Notes under the pieces: generated by a model | The model's input: only the letters and a program-made list of their open reading frames with translations | Told to the model about the DNA's origin: nothing | Database searches by the model: none | Shown: positions 25,112-37,931 of the stretch, piece after piece | How the letters are laid out: every line of letters begins with the position of its first letter | How positions within the stretch are numbered: position 1 is the stretch's first letter | Made by a program: the position numbers and the translations under genes | Source of the DNA: Squalus acanthias | Lineage: Eukaryota | Reading direction: 5' to 3' | Length of the DNA stretch: 64,000 nucleotides | Assembly (NCBI GenBank): GCA_030390025.1 | Contig: JASTWF010000036.1 | Span: 2,418,001-2,482,000, forward strand

Positions 25112-26793
25112 TAAGGGCTGGATTTTGCGGGGGAGTCAGAGGGCGCAATTGGTGGCGGGCCGGTGGGAAAATATTTTTTTTCCCCCCAGCGGGTCAGGAC
25201 CCCGCTGTGAACCCGCCGCCATGCGCCTTTACCAAATGTCAGGTATGTCAGCGCTGAGCAGACCCGACTCGCAGCGGTGGGGGAGGCAATTAAAATCATT
25301 AGTGGCTTGTTTACAGCCACTTATCAATGGTTTTTTCCCAGCTTTTTGGATTTGACAGGTCGCCCACCAGTTTACCACTGTGCCGAGACCTCGTCTGTGC
25401 AGCTGAGGCGGGAGGTCAGTGACCATTGAATCAGCTGATGAGTTGACAGCTTCAAATGTCAAGTCAAAGCTCCCAGCTGATTGAGACAGGTTTCCTTAAC
25501 CACTAGCTTTGCTAAACTGCATTTCCACTACAGATTCAGGATGTTGCAAGTCTTTACATAAGTCTCCATCCATTCTGACCTCATTACCTCTCCCACCATT
25601 GACAGATCGCTTCTGTCATCTCTACTTCACCTGCCATTTATTCCATCAGCATGGGTGCCCTTGAAACGCTCTTACCTTGGTCATCAGAATCCCACCACGA
25701 TCAGCCCCAACATCAACATCACCAGGCACACCAACACCACCAACCTTCTCCACAATCACCGGATGCTGCACAGGACAGAGGGCATCAGCACCCGACCACA
25801 TTGCTGCCCGAGAGGCCAGGGATGACCTCACCATGGCCAGATGTACTTCACTTGACGCTGTACACCCTGGCTGCCACATGATGCGCCAGGTTAGCACCAC
25901 CCCACACCAACACCATAAAGCATCCCTACAATGCCCAAGCCATTCCTTTCACACTCATCACCATTGCGTGGGGTACCGTTATGTCTCAACATTCACTGCA
26001 ACTCACTAAACCACTTCCAAAGGTGCACACAAATCTGTCCAAGAACGCAAAGTGTTGAAAATAAAGGTTTCAATGTTTGCCACCACATTAACAGAAACTT
26101 TACATGAACATTGGACAAAACACCCAAGTGCCTACCCTTGTGTGTTGTTAGTTGGTTTGATTGCACTAGGATGAGGGTGAGTGTGAGGGGTGGCTAGTGA
26201 GATGGGGATGTGATAATGTAGATAGAGAGGGATGGGTGGAGGTGCAAGGTAAGTTGGTGTGAGTAAGGATGTGCAGGAGTAGGGTAGGGAAGGCAGAGTG
26301 ATGGGGATGTGATGAGAGGCACTTCAGGATGAGGTTGAGTGTGGCTTTGTACTAGCGTTTTGTGATCTACTGAGATCATTGAAACGTTTGCAGCACTGCA
26401 CCCTGGTCCTCCTGACCACATCTCTGCTTGTGGCCTCCTCTGCAATGTACAACCAGGCTGTGTTGATGTCCTGGGGAGGTCTCTTCCGCCCATGGGAAGG
26501 GAAGAGGACCTCCCTGTGTGCTGTGACTCCCTCCATAAGCACCTCAATGCTGTAAAACACTGATAGCACAAATGTCAAAGTAAATTTGACCATGGTCCCT
26601 TTAAGGAAACCAGCTGATGACGTGTCATCAAATGATGTCACCAGACCCGCCTCCTCTAATTGGCCAGGAAACACGCTGGGCGGGCTTAACAAGCCCAATC
26701 AAGGGAAATTCATTTCAGAGGCCGGGATGGAGACAGCAGCGGGGTCGGGACCCGCCACTGACATCGCCCACCACGGTTCGTAAAATCGCGGCC
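25112..26793. mobile_element. Internally deleted PIF/Harbinger-like DNA transposon with Myb/SANT-like gene relic (minus strand)
   Basis: Imperfect TIRs GGGCTGGATTTTGCG / CGTAAAATCGCGGCC. Peptide EVLMEGVTAHREVLFP...AWLYIAEE...RRTRVQCCKRFNDL at ~26370-26550. Transposase-like C-terminus AAREARDDL on the plus strand. The element interrupts an L2-like tail. Confidence 0.75.
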
Positions 26794-27274
26794 TACGCTC
26801 CTGTCTACTTCACCTTCCCACCACCATCCCTGCGTCCTCAAAACAATTGTATCTGACTGTGCCTTGTGCCCTCTTCCTAATTTTATCCATTACCTCATAT
26901 TTTCTTCCTGATCAGTGGCTACTGTTTCATCCTCAATATAAAGCACTTTGAGCAGCGCGATAGAAATATAAGTTGTTGGTGCTGCTCAGCTCGAGAACTG
27001 AGTGGAGTAGGAATCAAACATGAACTCACCCCTATGTCTGTGCAGAACCAATTCATATTGGATTCCGTCACATTTGTATCTAATCTACTGCACAGGACAT
27101 TATAAACAAGCATCTTCCACCCTTAGCATGTCATAGATTAACTAATGTTGCAGGAACCATGTGCCTACCTAGCTACGCACTGGCTATTTCCATGCCAGAG
27201 TTAGATGAGTAAGAATTAAAGTAAGAAGAGTAAGGTAAAGACCAGTAACATTCTAGAAATAAATGTTTTTAAAT

Positions 27275-27640
27275 CAACAACTTACATTTATATAGCGCCT
27301 TTAACATAGTAAAACATCCCAAGACGTTTCACAGGAGCGATTATCAGACAAAATTTGACACCGAGCCACATAAGGCGATATTAGGACAGATAGTTAGAGA
27401 GGTAGGTTTTAAAGAGCATCTTAAAGGAGGAAGAGAGGCGGAGAGGTTTAAGGCACAGCCACCACTGGTGGAGCAATTAAAATCGGGGGTGCTCAAGAGG
27501 CCAGAATTGGAGGAGCAGATACCCCAGAGGGTTGTGGGACTGGAGGAGGTTAGCGAGATAGGGAGGGGCGAGGCCATGGAGTGATTTGAAAACAAGGATG
27601 AGAATTTTAAAATCGAGGCATTGCTTAACCTACCCTGATC
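27275..27640 (-). mobile_element. L2-type LINE 3' end
   Basis: Minus-strand SLHGLAPPYL-type frame (CTCCATGGCCTCGCCCCTCCCTATCTC) and terminal AGGCGCTATATAAATGTAAGTTGTTG. Confidence 0.75.
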
Positions 27641-28636
27641 ATCATATATGTACATTAGAGAGTAGATTTTATCAATCCTCACACATGGTGATGCTCAAGG
27701 CCTGCTGCTGGTGTAGTGCAAGCAATTTTCCAATCTGCGCTCACAGTGAGCTCAGTACCTCACCATTGGCCAAGAACATGGAAAATCTACCCTTAAATGT
27801 CTTTCTTACAAAAATTGTTTATTGTTGAAATGTTGACTATATATTAGCCTATTGCAATTTCTGGATTATATTATAATATGCAGTTTTCATAATTTCTCAT
27901 TTCTATGTAGCATTGTTAACAGCAATCAGAGCCAAAACATTTTACAAATTGAAATTGCTAACAATTTGGATGCTTGGAAAATTCTTAATTTGGAGCCATT
28001 CAAATCAGATTCAGCTACGCCTATCCTTTTAATAAAGCAACATGCAGATTTGGATATTTCACCAGTTAGTAATTATTCACGCACGTGTGCTATGCCAATT
28101 TATTTGTCATGTCAGAAGTTTAAAGCTATACTTTTCAGTGATGGTCTAATTGTGCTATGCCTCTGACTTGCCTCCCTAAACCTACGATTGATTTTACGCA
28201 CATAATTTGTAGGTAACTATCATCCAGTCACTGCATCTTGCTGGAGAAATAATCAATTTGTATTATGTAACTATATTCCACTCACTGCATTTTGCTGGAG
28301 AAATCATTGCTCTTATCGGGAAACTTTGCTGTAGTTTCGGTCATGAGTTCTGTTTGCTGTAGTTTGTAGAGACTTTGTTTAAATAGACTCTGTAGACTGT
28401 TTGCTGTTGTGCGCCGTTTTAACAGACTCTGTTTGCTGAGTAAATAGACTCGGTTTGCTGTGAGTCCTGCCATAAGTCGCACCCCACCTCTAAGTCATTG
28501 GCTGACACAGTGGTGTCAACAGATACTCTGAACATTGGGGAGGACTTTGCAGGGTTCTCCCAGTAGAGAACCCCTGTGGAGATTGCAGGCGACTGTAAAT
28601 AGGGTGAAGGTATATAACCCAAGACTTGATATTTAC

Positions 28637-28810
28637 CAATCTGAAAGACCTGAGCACAGACAGTCCTTCAACATTTGCCAGACCTAGTTCCATTAAACTG
28701 AGGGACACTATAAAGCCATCAAAAATGTTCCATCCTTCCTGAAAATAGTAGTAAGGGTCCATCGCTATCAGCTTCATCAACATTTCAGCTGTGAAGATCG
28801 CAGTGAAGAC
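28637..28810 (-). CDS. SCN8A: Nav1.6 exon, DII S2-S4 ([10 protein letters not shown]...[12 protein letters not shown])
   Basis: 174 nt. Acceptor TTTTCAG|GTC, donor TTG|GTAAAT. Confidence 0.96.
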
Positions 28811-31619
28811 CTGAAAAAGACAGTGTAAAAAAAATTGCATTTATGATTCATAAGGCAAGTGATTTGACAAGGCAACAATTGCCAACAATTACAGGGCATA
28901 CTTTATTTTCCAAGCTGTGGATCAGTCCCAGTCAGTTTCGACCCTCACCAGCACTTGGATTTGAATCAGCAGCTTATTTTAAACTGTTGGGTGTCTGTCT
29001 TTTTGGGTGCTCAACATAAAAGGAAGTTTCCAGCTAGTTGCTGCAACAGCTGGTCTTATTGTCCGCAAGGCCCAAGCTCACAAGCACTGTATAAAATTAG
29101 AGTCTGAATTCAAGTGTCAGTGAGCTGAGTGGAACAAAGCCTGTTTTTGACTGTAGGATCAGCTGTTGCACGAACCATTTGGTCTTATAGACTGACCACA
29201 GCTCAGATACGGAACTGACCCTGTGGGGAATTATGAGTGCCAACGTATGGGTGCCAGCCTATGATTCTGTCACAGGTTTGATCTTCTTGCATGTGCATTT
29301 TGCAGAAACTCACAGTAGGACACTAATATTTGGTTTGTGTGAAGTTATCTTTGAGTGTTCCTTTGTATGAGCAAGTTTCTTTAAGTTACCAATGACTCAT
29401 ACCTACTTTGATTCACGGAAAGTCATGAAAAAATATCACAGTATAAACTTAAATACCAGAATACCAAAAGTGTCAAACTCAAATATAGCCACAACAGTAC
29501 ACTGTACTCTAGGTGTCCAATTGAGCGTAAATGTGTATGCTTGTGCTAAATGAGTGGGCTGTGGAACTGCACCTCGCTGTTTGTATCACTGCTCAAATGC
29601 TGGCAGTACTGCACCAGCAAAAGCCATGTCATGACAGTATTATATAACATATTGTATTTATAACACATCCCTGCATGAGTCGCCATTGACAAACAATGGG
29701 AGGGCCAGAGAACAGGAAAAATACATCTGTCTCCAAGCAGGATGCCTTTCACATGTGACAGAACGCTCCAATCATTTTATACACAAGGTAATGCTGCTTT
29801 CCATTGTTAGCAGTAACCTCAATATTTAGTCACACATCCACACCTTAATGTTACCTTTCTCCTGATCACAGCAGTGAGTTGCAACAATTTACAACGCCTC
29901 ACCAAATTTTCTCCATGTCCGTGCACTTCCACAAAGTGTCACACCTAGTTTCTGTAATATTTTACTGTCATAAAAAAGAAAGATTTGCATTTCTATAGCG
30001 CCTTTCACGACCTCAGGACGTCCCAAAGTGCTTCACAGCCAATGAAGTACTTTTGAAGTGCAGTCACTGTTGAAATGCCTACTTCCATCACAGTCATAAC
30101 TGAACTTACCTGCTCATTTTATTTGCCTGTAATTAAGTCCTCGATGCTTGGTCTCCAAAATAGGTGCACTGCTGTTCACGGCACCACCTGTCTTAAAGCA
30201 GCTAAAATTCAGCCTACGGCCCACCTCTTCCCATTGCTCACTGGATCCACAACCTGATGCTACCTGCCATTCCCACTCCTGCTGTGACTAGACCATGACC
30301 CTATCTGCAGTCCCAAAAGCCATGTTCTAAAAAACATGCTGAAGATGCTTTAAGCCTGTTCTTGGCAATGGTTGGGATCAAATTTCTTGAGATCATGGGT
30401 GGAAGCCTCGGGGTTTGGTTCCAGCAGTGATGGTGGGGGCGGGGGGGAACTTGTTTACAGGCTTTCCCGAGGATTGGCCTGGAGAAACCTATAGTATGAA
30501 TATTCAGCAGTGTTCATTATAAATAATTCAGCTTTTCCCATGGAAGAAATCCCTCCTTCACCCTTGATACCACCACTGCAACTGGACCCCAGCCTGAGCA
30601 CCCATACCTTTCCCCCATGCCTGCTGCCTCCTGCCACCTTTTGTCACTTCCACACAGAACACACATATTTTTCCCCTGAACAGCTGACTCACTCCAAGAA
30701 ACCTCCCTCCATCACTTTGCTTTTGACAGCAGCATCCTGCAACCACCCCCTCCCAGTACAATGAAATCCAGCAACCCCCATCACCAATGCTCCCACACAT
30801 GCTACCATCATTTCACTGCCAGCACACTCCAAGACCACCCTCCCAGCGCTCCCACACCCAGTACCCCTCCCATCTTTTGCATGGTGGGGGGATGGATTCC
30901 CTAAAGGGCCTTCACACAATTTTAGGGAAGATTCTTATTAAACTCGTGGGAAGTCCTTTCTTTAAAAAAAAATCTCCGAAGAGGGATGGAGAGTAAACTG
31001 AAAACAGGTTTCACTCTTTCAGCTCTGCTCACCCCACCCACCCTGAGCATTTGCCTTCCTACGACCCCTCTCTGCTCCCACGTCTTTCCCCCTCCACCCC
31101 CAACATGCTGCTCTCTTGTATCCACTCACGACATTGCTTCCCTCTGCCCCAAGCCTTCCGTCGCCCCCCCCCTCCCTTTCGCTCCAGCTACAACCCCCTA
31201 CCCCCCACCCCCGGCTCAAGCAACACTGCCTCCCCTACCACTCTCTCCTGCAGCCTCTCGCTGCTCCCATACCCCATCCTGAGTTCCCATGTGTTTGCCC
31301 CCCACAGACAAAAACCCCCAGAGATAGAGAGGCTCAAGCACAAGGTACGAGAAGTGACAGAGAAACAGAGAAATCAAAATACAATGTACAAATCAGAGAG
31401 CGAGAGCAAGCAAAACAATGGACACAGGCTGGAGACTGAAACATGAGGTATAGACCCAGGAGAGACAAAGCAAGAGAGGCTGCATATTTTATTTTAACCT
31501 TGAATTAAAACTCACTAGAAAGTTGTGAAAAAAAAATTATTTTGCCCTGCACTATCCTGCTAAAGCCTACTATGAAAACGAGTTTCTTCTTTCACAGTTT
31601 TGCAGAGAAACTAAAGCTC

Positions 31620-32100
31620 ATAGGTTACAACTATCAGAAAAAGGTTACAACTATCAGAAAAGGTTGAACAGAGTGGGACTCTTTTTCTCTAGAAAAGAGA
31701 AGGCTGAGGGGTGACCTGGTAGAGGTATTTAAAATTATGAAAGGGTTTGATAGGGTAGACGTAGGGAAGATGTTTCCACTTGTGGGGGATTCCAAAACTA
31801 GGGGTCATAAATATAAGATAGTCACTAATAAATCCAATGGAGAATTCAGGAGAAACTTCATTATCCAGAGAGTGGTGAGAATGTGGAACTCGCTACCACA
31901 GGGAGTGGTTGAGGCGAATAGCATAGATGCATTTAAGGGGAATGTAGATAAGTACATGAACGAGAAAGGATTTGAAGGGTATGTTGATGAGGTGAGATGA
32001 AATAGGGGTGGGAGGAGGCTCGTGTGGAACAGAAACACCGGCATGGACCAGTTGGGCCGATGGCCTGTTTCTGTGCTGCACATTCTATGTAACTCTGTGT
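31620..32100 (+). mobile_element. CR1 LINE 3' fragment with a short tandem duplication at its 5' junction
   Basis: KGFDRVDVGKMFPLVG...WNSLP peptide. AGGTTACAACTATCAGAAAA occurs twice at 31622-31661. Confidence 0.9.
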
Positions 32101-32165
32101 ATATAATTAGAGACAATACTGCATTACTGTTATTAAAAACAGAAAAAATAAACCATGAGCCTTAC

Positions 32166-32404
32166 CAGGTTTCCCACAGCCAAAACATCTTCAAAGTTCT
32201 TTGTCATTGGGTAGTGCTCCATTGCCATGAAGAGGGTGTTGAGTGCAATACAAATGGTAATGGCTAGGTCCACAAATGGATCAAACACAAACAGGTGCAA
32301 ATACTCTTTAAGCTTCAACCAGAAAGGGCAGCATTCCCAGATCAGAAACGTATTAGCAAACTTATACCAGCAGGGCGGGCACTTCCTTTGAGACTCTTCA
32401 AGTT
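32166..32404 (-). CDS. SCN8A: Nav1.6 exon, end of DI-DII loop and DII S1 ([25 protein letters not shown]...VLAVGNL)
   Basis: 239 nt, phase 1/0. Acceptor TTTCAG|AA, donor CTG|GTAAGG. Confidence 0.96.
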
Positions 32405-32809
32405 CTGAAATCACAAATCAGAATTTTCAATAAAATAGTCACCATTGTTAACTACACAAAGTTGTTATTTTACCATGGAGGGCATCACAGGTGAGCTCAA
32501 TGTCCGGTCCTCATCTGATGTCCACACATGTGCATTTCCAGCAGGAATTGCTGGAACCGCCATCAGATGTAGGCTCTGTTTCCATTCTTTAACCCCAGGC
32601 CACTGTAGCACCAAAGCTGCCACACTGGCTAGGTCAGCTAACTCAGCGCGAACCAAGGAATTGAGCCTGGACTGTAATAGCTTAAGTACTCACTATGTAA
32701 ACGTCTGAGTACTTAGGGGGAGTTATACTGATTTAACGTGAACATATGCTGTTGACAAATGTGAGAAGTCGCACAACACCAGGTTATAGTCCAACAGTTT
32801 TATTTGAAA

Positions 32810-32846
32810 TCACAAGCTTTCGGAGCGCTGCTCCTTCGTCAGGTGA
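32810..32846 (-). ncRNA. Minimal type I hammerhead ribozyme motif in a short Penelope-like terminal repeat (~32760-32855)
   Basis: Minus strand reads UCAC-CUGACGA-A-GGAGC-AGC-GCUCC-GAAA-GCUU-GUGA: intact core, 5-bp helix II, 4-bp helix I, palindromic AAGCUU helix III. Confidence 0.75.
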
Positions 32847-33044
32847 AGTGAAGAAATTTCGAGATAGGGTGTGCTGGAGGAAAGATGTATTTGTATAACC
32901 GTATTTATTTCTTCTGCTCCAATTTTCACCCCAATTCTCTCTTGCAGGTATTGATTCATGCTGAGATACAGTTTCCCTGCCACTCAGTGATATCTAACTC
33001 ATTCTTTATGTGCGAGTCTAGATGTGAGGGTCGGCAGGATATTT

Positions 33045-34235
33045 ACATACATAGGATTACATTGGGTATACAGTACAGAAACAGGCCATTCGGCCCAACC
33101 AGTCCATGCCGGCGTTTATGCTCTACTCGAGCCTCCTCCCGTCTTTCCTCATCTAAATCTATCAGCGTAACCCTCTATTCCTTCTCCCTCATATGCTTGT
33201 CCAGCCTCCCCTTAAATGCATCTATACTATTCGCTTCAACCACTCCCTATGGTAGCGAGTTCCACATTCTCACCACTCTCTGGGTAAAGAAGTTTCTTCT
33301 GAATTCCCGATTGGATTTCTTGGTGACTGTCTTATATTGATGGCCTCTAGTTATGCTCTTCCCCACAAGGAGAAACATTCTCTCTGTATCCACTCTATCA
33401 AAACCTTTCATAATTTTAAAGCCCTCTATTAGGTCACCCCTCAGCCTTATTTTTTCAAGAGAAAAGAGACCCAGCCTGTTCATCCTTTCCTGATATGTAT
33501 ACCCTCGCATTTCTGGTATCATCCTTGTAAATCTTCTCTGCACCCTCTCCAGTGCCTCTATATCCTTTTTATAATATGGCGACCAGAACTGCACGCAGTA
33601 CTCCAAGTGTGGTCTAACCAAGATTCGATACATATTTAGCATAACTTCCCTACTTTTCAATTCTATCCCTCTAGAAATAAACCCTGGTGCTTGGTTTGCA
33701 TTTTTAATGGCCTTGCTAACCTGTGGTGCAACGTTTACTGATTTGTATATTTGTACTCTGAGATCCCTTTGTTCCTCTACCCCACCTAGACTCGCACCCT
33801 CCAAGTGATATTCTTCCTACCAAAATGTAATACCTCACATTTATCTGTGTTGAACTTCATTTGCCAATTATATGCCCATTCTGCAAGTTTATTAATGTCC
33901 TCCTGTAATTTGTTGCAGTCCTCCTCAGTACTGACTATCCCCCCCAATTTGGTATCATCCACAAATTTAGAAATTGTGTTTTTGATTCCTCAGTCTAAAT
34001 CGTTAATGTAAATTGTGAACAGCAGTGGTCCCAGCACTGATCCTTGTGGAACACCACTACCCACCTTCTGCCACTGTGAATAGCTACCCTTTACTCCTAC
34101 TCTCTGCTTTCTGTCTTGAAGCCAGCCAGCTATCCATTCTGCTACTTGTCCCCTGACTCCGCATTCTCTGACCTTGTTCATCAGTCTATTATGGGTTACC
34201 TTATCGAAGGCCTTTTGAAAATCCAGATAAATTTG
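33045..34235 (-). mobile_element. CR1 LINE, 5'-truncated
   Basis: [32 protein letters not shown] and [15 protein letters not shown] motifs plus 3' UTR. Confidence 0.93.
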
Positions 34236-35329
34236 ACCATGGAGGTGCGGCATCATAGCAACAATTTATTCTGTCCTTGCGTTGTGTCAATACATGCACA
34301 CTTTCCAGCAGGGGTTATTGAAGTGTGAGCAGGATGGGAACCCTGGCTGGTTTTTCCCCTCCTTAGGCCAGGGGCACCGAGGTCAGGTAACTCAGTACAG
34401 TCTGGGACATTCCTCGTCCACGTGGCATGGTTCCACTCTGGACAGCACACTGATTGCGGCCACCAATGAGTGAAATTTGTACCTGTGTTTGATGAACTCT
34501 ACAGTGCATTCCTGGAGCAGTGCATTTGTCTGCACACTCGTAGAATAAAACTGGAGTTCATGGTGGCAAATGGTAGACTAAACTACATAGCTGTAATTTG
34601 TTCAAGAATGCTGCACAACTAATACTGATCATTATAAAGAAAGTGTTGAAAATAATAAAGCAAAACTAAAAATAAATACTATCCCTGAAGGACAGCTTTA
34701 TTCTGGTGAAAGGTTTTTTTTTTTAAATGACCATGCTTAATTCAATGGAAATTGCAGATTTAATTCAGGATCCCAAAGAGGCCCGGAGTCAGTCAAGATC
34801 TGCTGAATGCACTGGAACAAATTGAGGGGGAGTCGGCAAGAATTTACACCGTGTTGCAGTCCTGCCCTCTTATTCTAAAGCCATTTTATTTTCTCCACTA
34901 ACTAACAAATTCCTGCACTGCTCACCATTATTTAGCCAAAAAGACTGGGATGGGATCTATTCTGCAGCCTTTGCCAGTGCTGCTCTTAAGCCAGCTGCTA
35001 CAGTGTATGGAATCTCATTTTCCCTACTACCCTGTCGAAAAGCAGCTCTGCCCCCAATGGCACAGCCAAGATTAGGAGCTTGCTATGTGGAGAACCAAGG
35101 ACACTAACCTGCATTATGATACTACATAGCACAATCTATGGAGGAACCGACAGCTTGCGCTACTACACTGCCCGAGTGCGACATTTCCTTATCGATTAAA
35201 ACACCTAAGCATATCGGGGCTCATGGTGTTCTCTATTTTATGCATCTACTTTTTAGCAAAATTAGGCAACAGAAGAAAATAAAGCCCTCGGCCTTCCTTT
35301 CAACTCTTGATTTCAGAGCATGGCATTAT

Positions 35330-35935
35330 ATCATAGAAACATAAACACATAGCAAAATAGGAGCATTCGGCCCTTCGAACCTGCTCTGCCATTCAATATG
35401 ATCATGGCAGATCCTTTATCTCAATACCATATTCCCGCTCTCTCCCCATACCCCTTGATGCCGTTTGTGTCTAGAAATCTATCTATCTCCTTCTTAAATA
35501 TATTCAGTGACTTGGCCTCCACAGCCTTCTGTGGTAGAGAATTCCACAGGTTCACCACCCTGAGTGAAGAAATTACTCCTCATCTCAGTCCTAAATGTCC
35601 TACCCCGTATCCTGAGACTGTGACCCCTCGTTCTAGACCCACCAGCCAGGGGAAACATCCTCCTTGCACCCAGTCTATCTAGCCCTGTCAGAATTTTATA
35701 CGTTTCAATGAGATCCCCTCTCATTCTTCTAAACTCTAGTGAATACAGGCCTAGTCGACCTAATCTCTCCTCATATGACAGTCCTGCCATCCCAGGAATC
35801 AGTCTGGTGAACCTTTGCTGCACTCCCTCTATGGCAAGTATATCCTTTCTTAGGTAAGGAGACCAAAACTGCACACAGTACTTCAGGTGTGGTCTCACCA
35901 AGGCCCTGTACAACTGTAGTAAGACATCCTTGCTC
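35330..35935 (-). mobile_element. CR1 LINE 3' fragment
   Basis: [24 protein letters not shown] peptide plus 3' UTR. Confidence 0.92.
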
Positions 35936-37417
35936 CTCCCACTACTATTTACTATGCCACTGGGTGCCACTCTCCATAAGACGTCAGTTGGGAACACAGA
36001 GACCTATCTTCTGCACATGCATGAAGAATAACAAAGTAATTACGGGTCTGTTTCAGCTCAAGCATTTTCATCTGCCATCTTTGGCGCACAGATGTCATGA
36101 CGTCAGTTGTCCTAAAGTGGCCTGCACTTTTAGCTGGCCTGAAACAGAGCTGAACAAATCTAGCGGCAGTTCACGAGACCCACGAGAAAGTGCATCTCTC
36201 CTGCCACCAGAACAAGGTGAGTCAAACCATTTCTATTTTTACGTGCAGCCGGTGGTGGGAGAATGCCGAATTTGCTGTTGACTGCAATTTGAGACTATAA
36301 AGGAAACTTTTATCTTCTAATATTTGGCGCAAAGTCTAGAAGAGTAACTATAACAAAAAGACTTAAGCAACATGCTAGCTGATGAACAGCAGTTTTGCGT
36401 CGCTTAGCAGTTTGATATTACTGTATTCATCCAGAAACAAATAGGTCACTATAATAATTGGGCAACCTGCAGCTAAGCTCTCTAGACTTAGGCAAGTGTT
36501 CCAATGGAGAGAGTGTGCACTCCATGTTGGGCAAACAGAAACTCTACAGATAGGTGCTTTAATTGGAGACTTGTCAACATGGTGATGGGTTTCTAAGCAC
36601 ATCACATAAAAAGACATTGGCCCCAAAATTCCTTGGGTCACAATCCCAGCTGAAGAAGTCTCTGCCTCTGGCCTCAGACACTAAGGCATTTGACTTACAA
36701 GGTATTGAGGAAACTCCCAGAAATGGTGGAGATCCAGTGCAACCAGGTCTCCACCATTTCACTGGGGCTTTTGCCGGGGTCCTAGGGATTCCACCAGAGT
36801 TACAGTGGGAAACCAGCAGAACCCCTGCAGAATTTCAGCACCATTGTTTTTAACATGGCCCATCTGTACAATTCTGTTTCTGAAGCCAAAATGACTCCAA
36901 TGAATGGATTTCTGTTGTTTTTGCCTCGAACAGTAAAAGCCAATTAACACATTTCACCTACTGGGCTGAAGTGGTTGCATGCAACCACTTCGCTGAATGC
37001 CAACATTAATTTATTTTGCTTGGTTTGGGGTGGTGGGGAATAACATCTGATCCCAATGCTGTCCTCACCCAATGTCCACAGGTATACTTTCCAGCAGGAG
37101 TTATTGGACAGCAATCAGGAGTGGGAACACTGGGGAATGTTTTCCCCTCCATAGAGCAGAGATACTTAGCCTAATTGTAGCATCCCTATGATCCCAGCTG
37201 AGATCTGCCAACCCAGCGGAGACAAGAGATTGAACCTGGGACCATCCAGGTTCAGTGCATTTACACGAGGCCATTGGAGGAGGCTGGTAAAACAGATTTA
37301 TTTAAAGCTTGAAATATTGTATTAAAGACATCATTACAACTAAACAGCACACTCATTTCAAATGCCCCTGAAGCTCACCTGTATAGAATTGAAAAGGAGA
37401 ACATGCATTGTACGTAC

Positions 37418-37550
37418 CTTCTAGAGTGTTTGTCAAAACACTTAAAACACTGTTTGCTCTGTCCTTCCTCCCGAAAGATGCATTCAACTGGTCCATGGAC
37501 ACCAGGAGGGATCCAGAATGTTTCTTTTTATTTTCTAGTTCAGTGGTAGG
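37418..37550 (-). CDS. SCN8A: Nav1.6 DI-DII loop exon ([44 protein letters not shown])
   Basis: 133 nt, phase 0/1. Acceptor TTTACAG|CCT, donor AAG|[21 protein letters not shown] is SCN8A-specific. Not in the ORF track; read manually. Confidence 0.92.
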
Positions 37551-37931
37551 CTGTAAATGGTTATATGCAAATTAGTATCATTTCAATTTTATTCTTTTAT
37601 GAAAAATGGCAGTGTGCAGCTCGCATGCTTCATCCATAGATAAGCAGGTGAGGAAGGGAGAGGGGGTTCAAGTATCAGTTCAATACAGCAATTGGCACCT
37701 GCCAAGGATGGCATCCTTCACTGCAACTAGCCTCGCTAAGTGTTACACCTCAAGTTTATGTCCAGTTCTCCATTTTTACAAACATGTTGAATAATCTGTA
37801 CATTGTATTTTACTTGGATGCATGTAATAGAGCTAGTCAGAATAGTAGTGGGATTATGCTTGGCCAGTACAAACTTCAAAAAGAGAAAAGGGAAAAAAGG
37901 TATATTTTGAATAAATGCAGCATATGCAGTT

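Noticed and set aside
28229-28470. CRISPR-like repeat-spacer array
   Set aside because: The repeats are short, irregular and overlapping with no constant spacing, the context is a vertebrate intron, and there are no cas genes.
30450-31450. Pro-rich and Gly-rich ORFs
   Set aside because: They arise from C-rich low-complexity sequence and have no domain motifs or credible splice structure.
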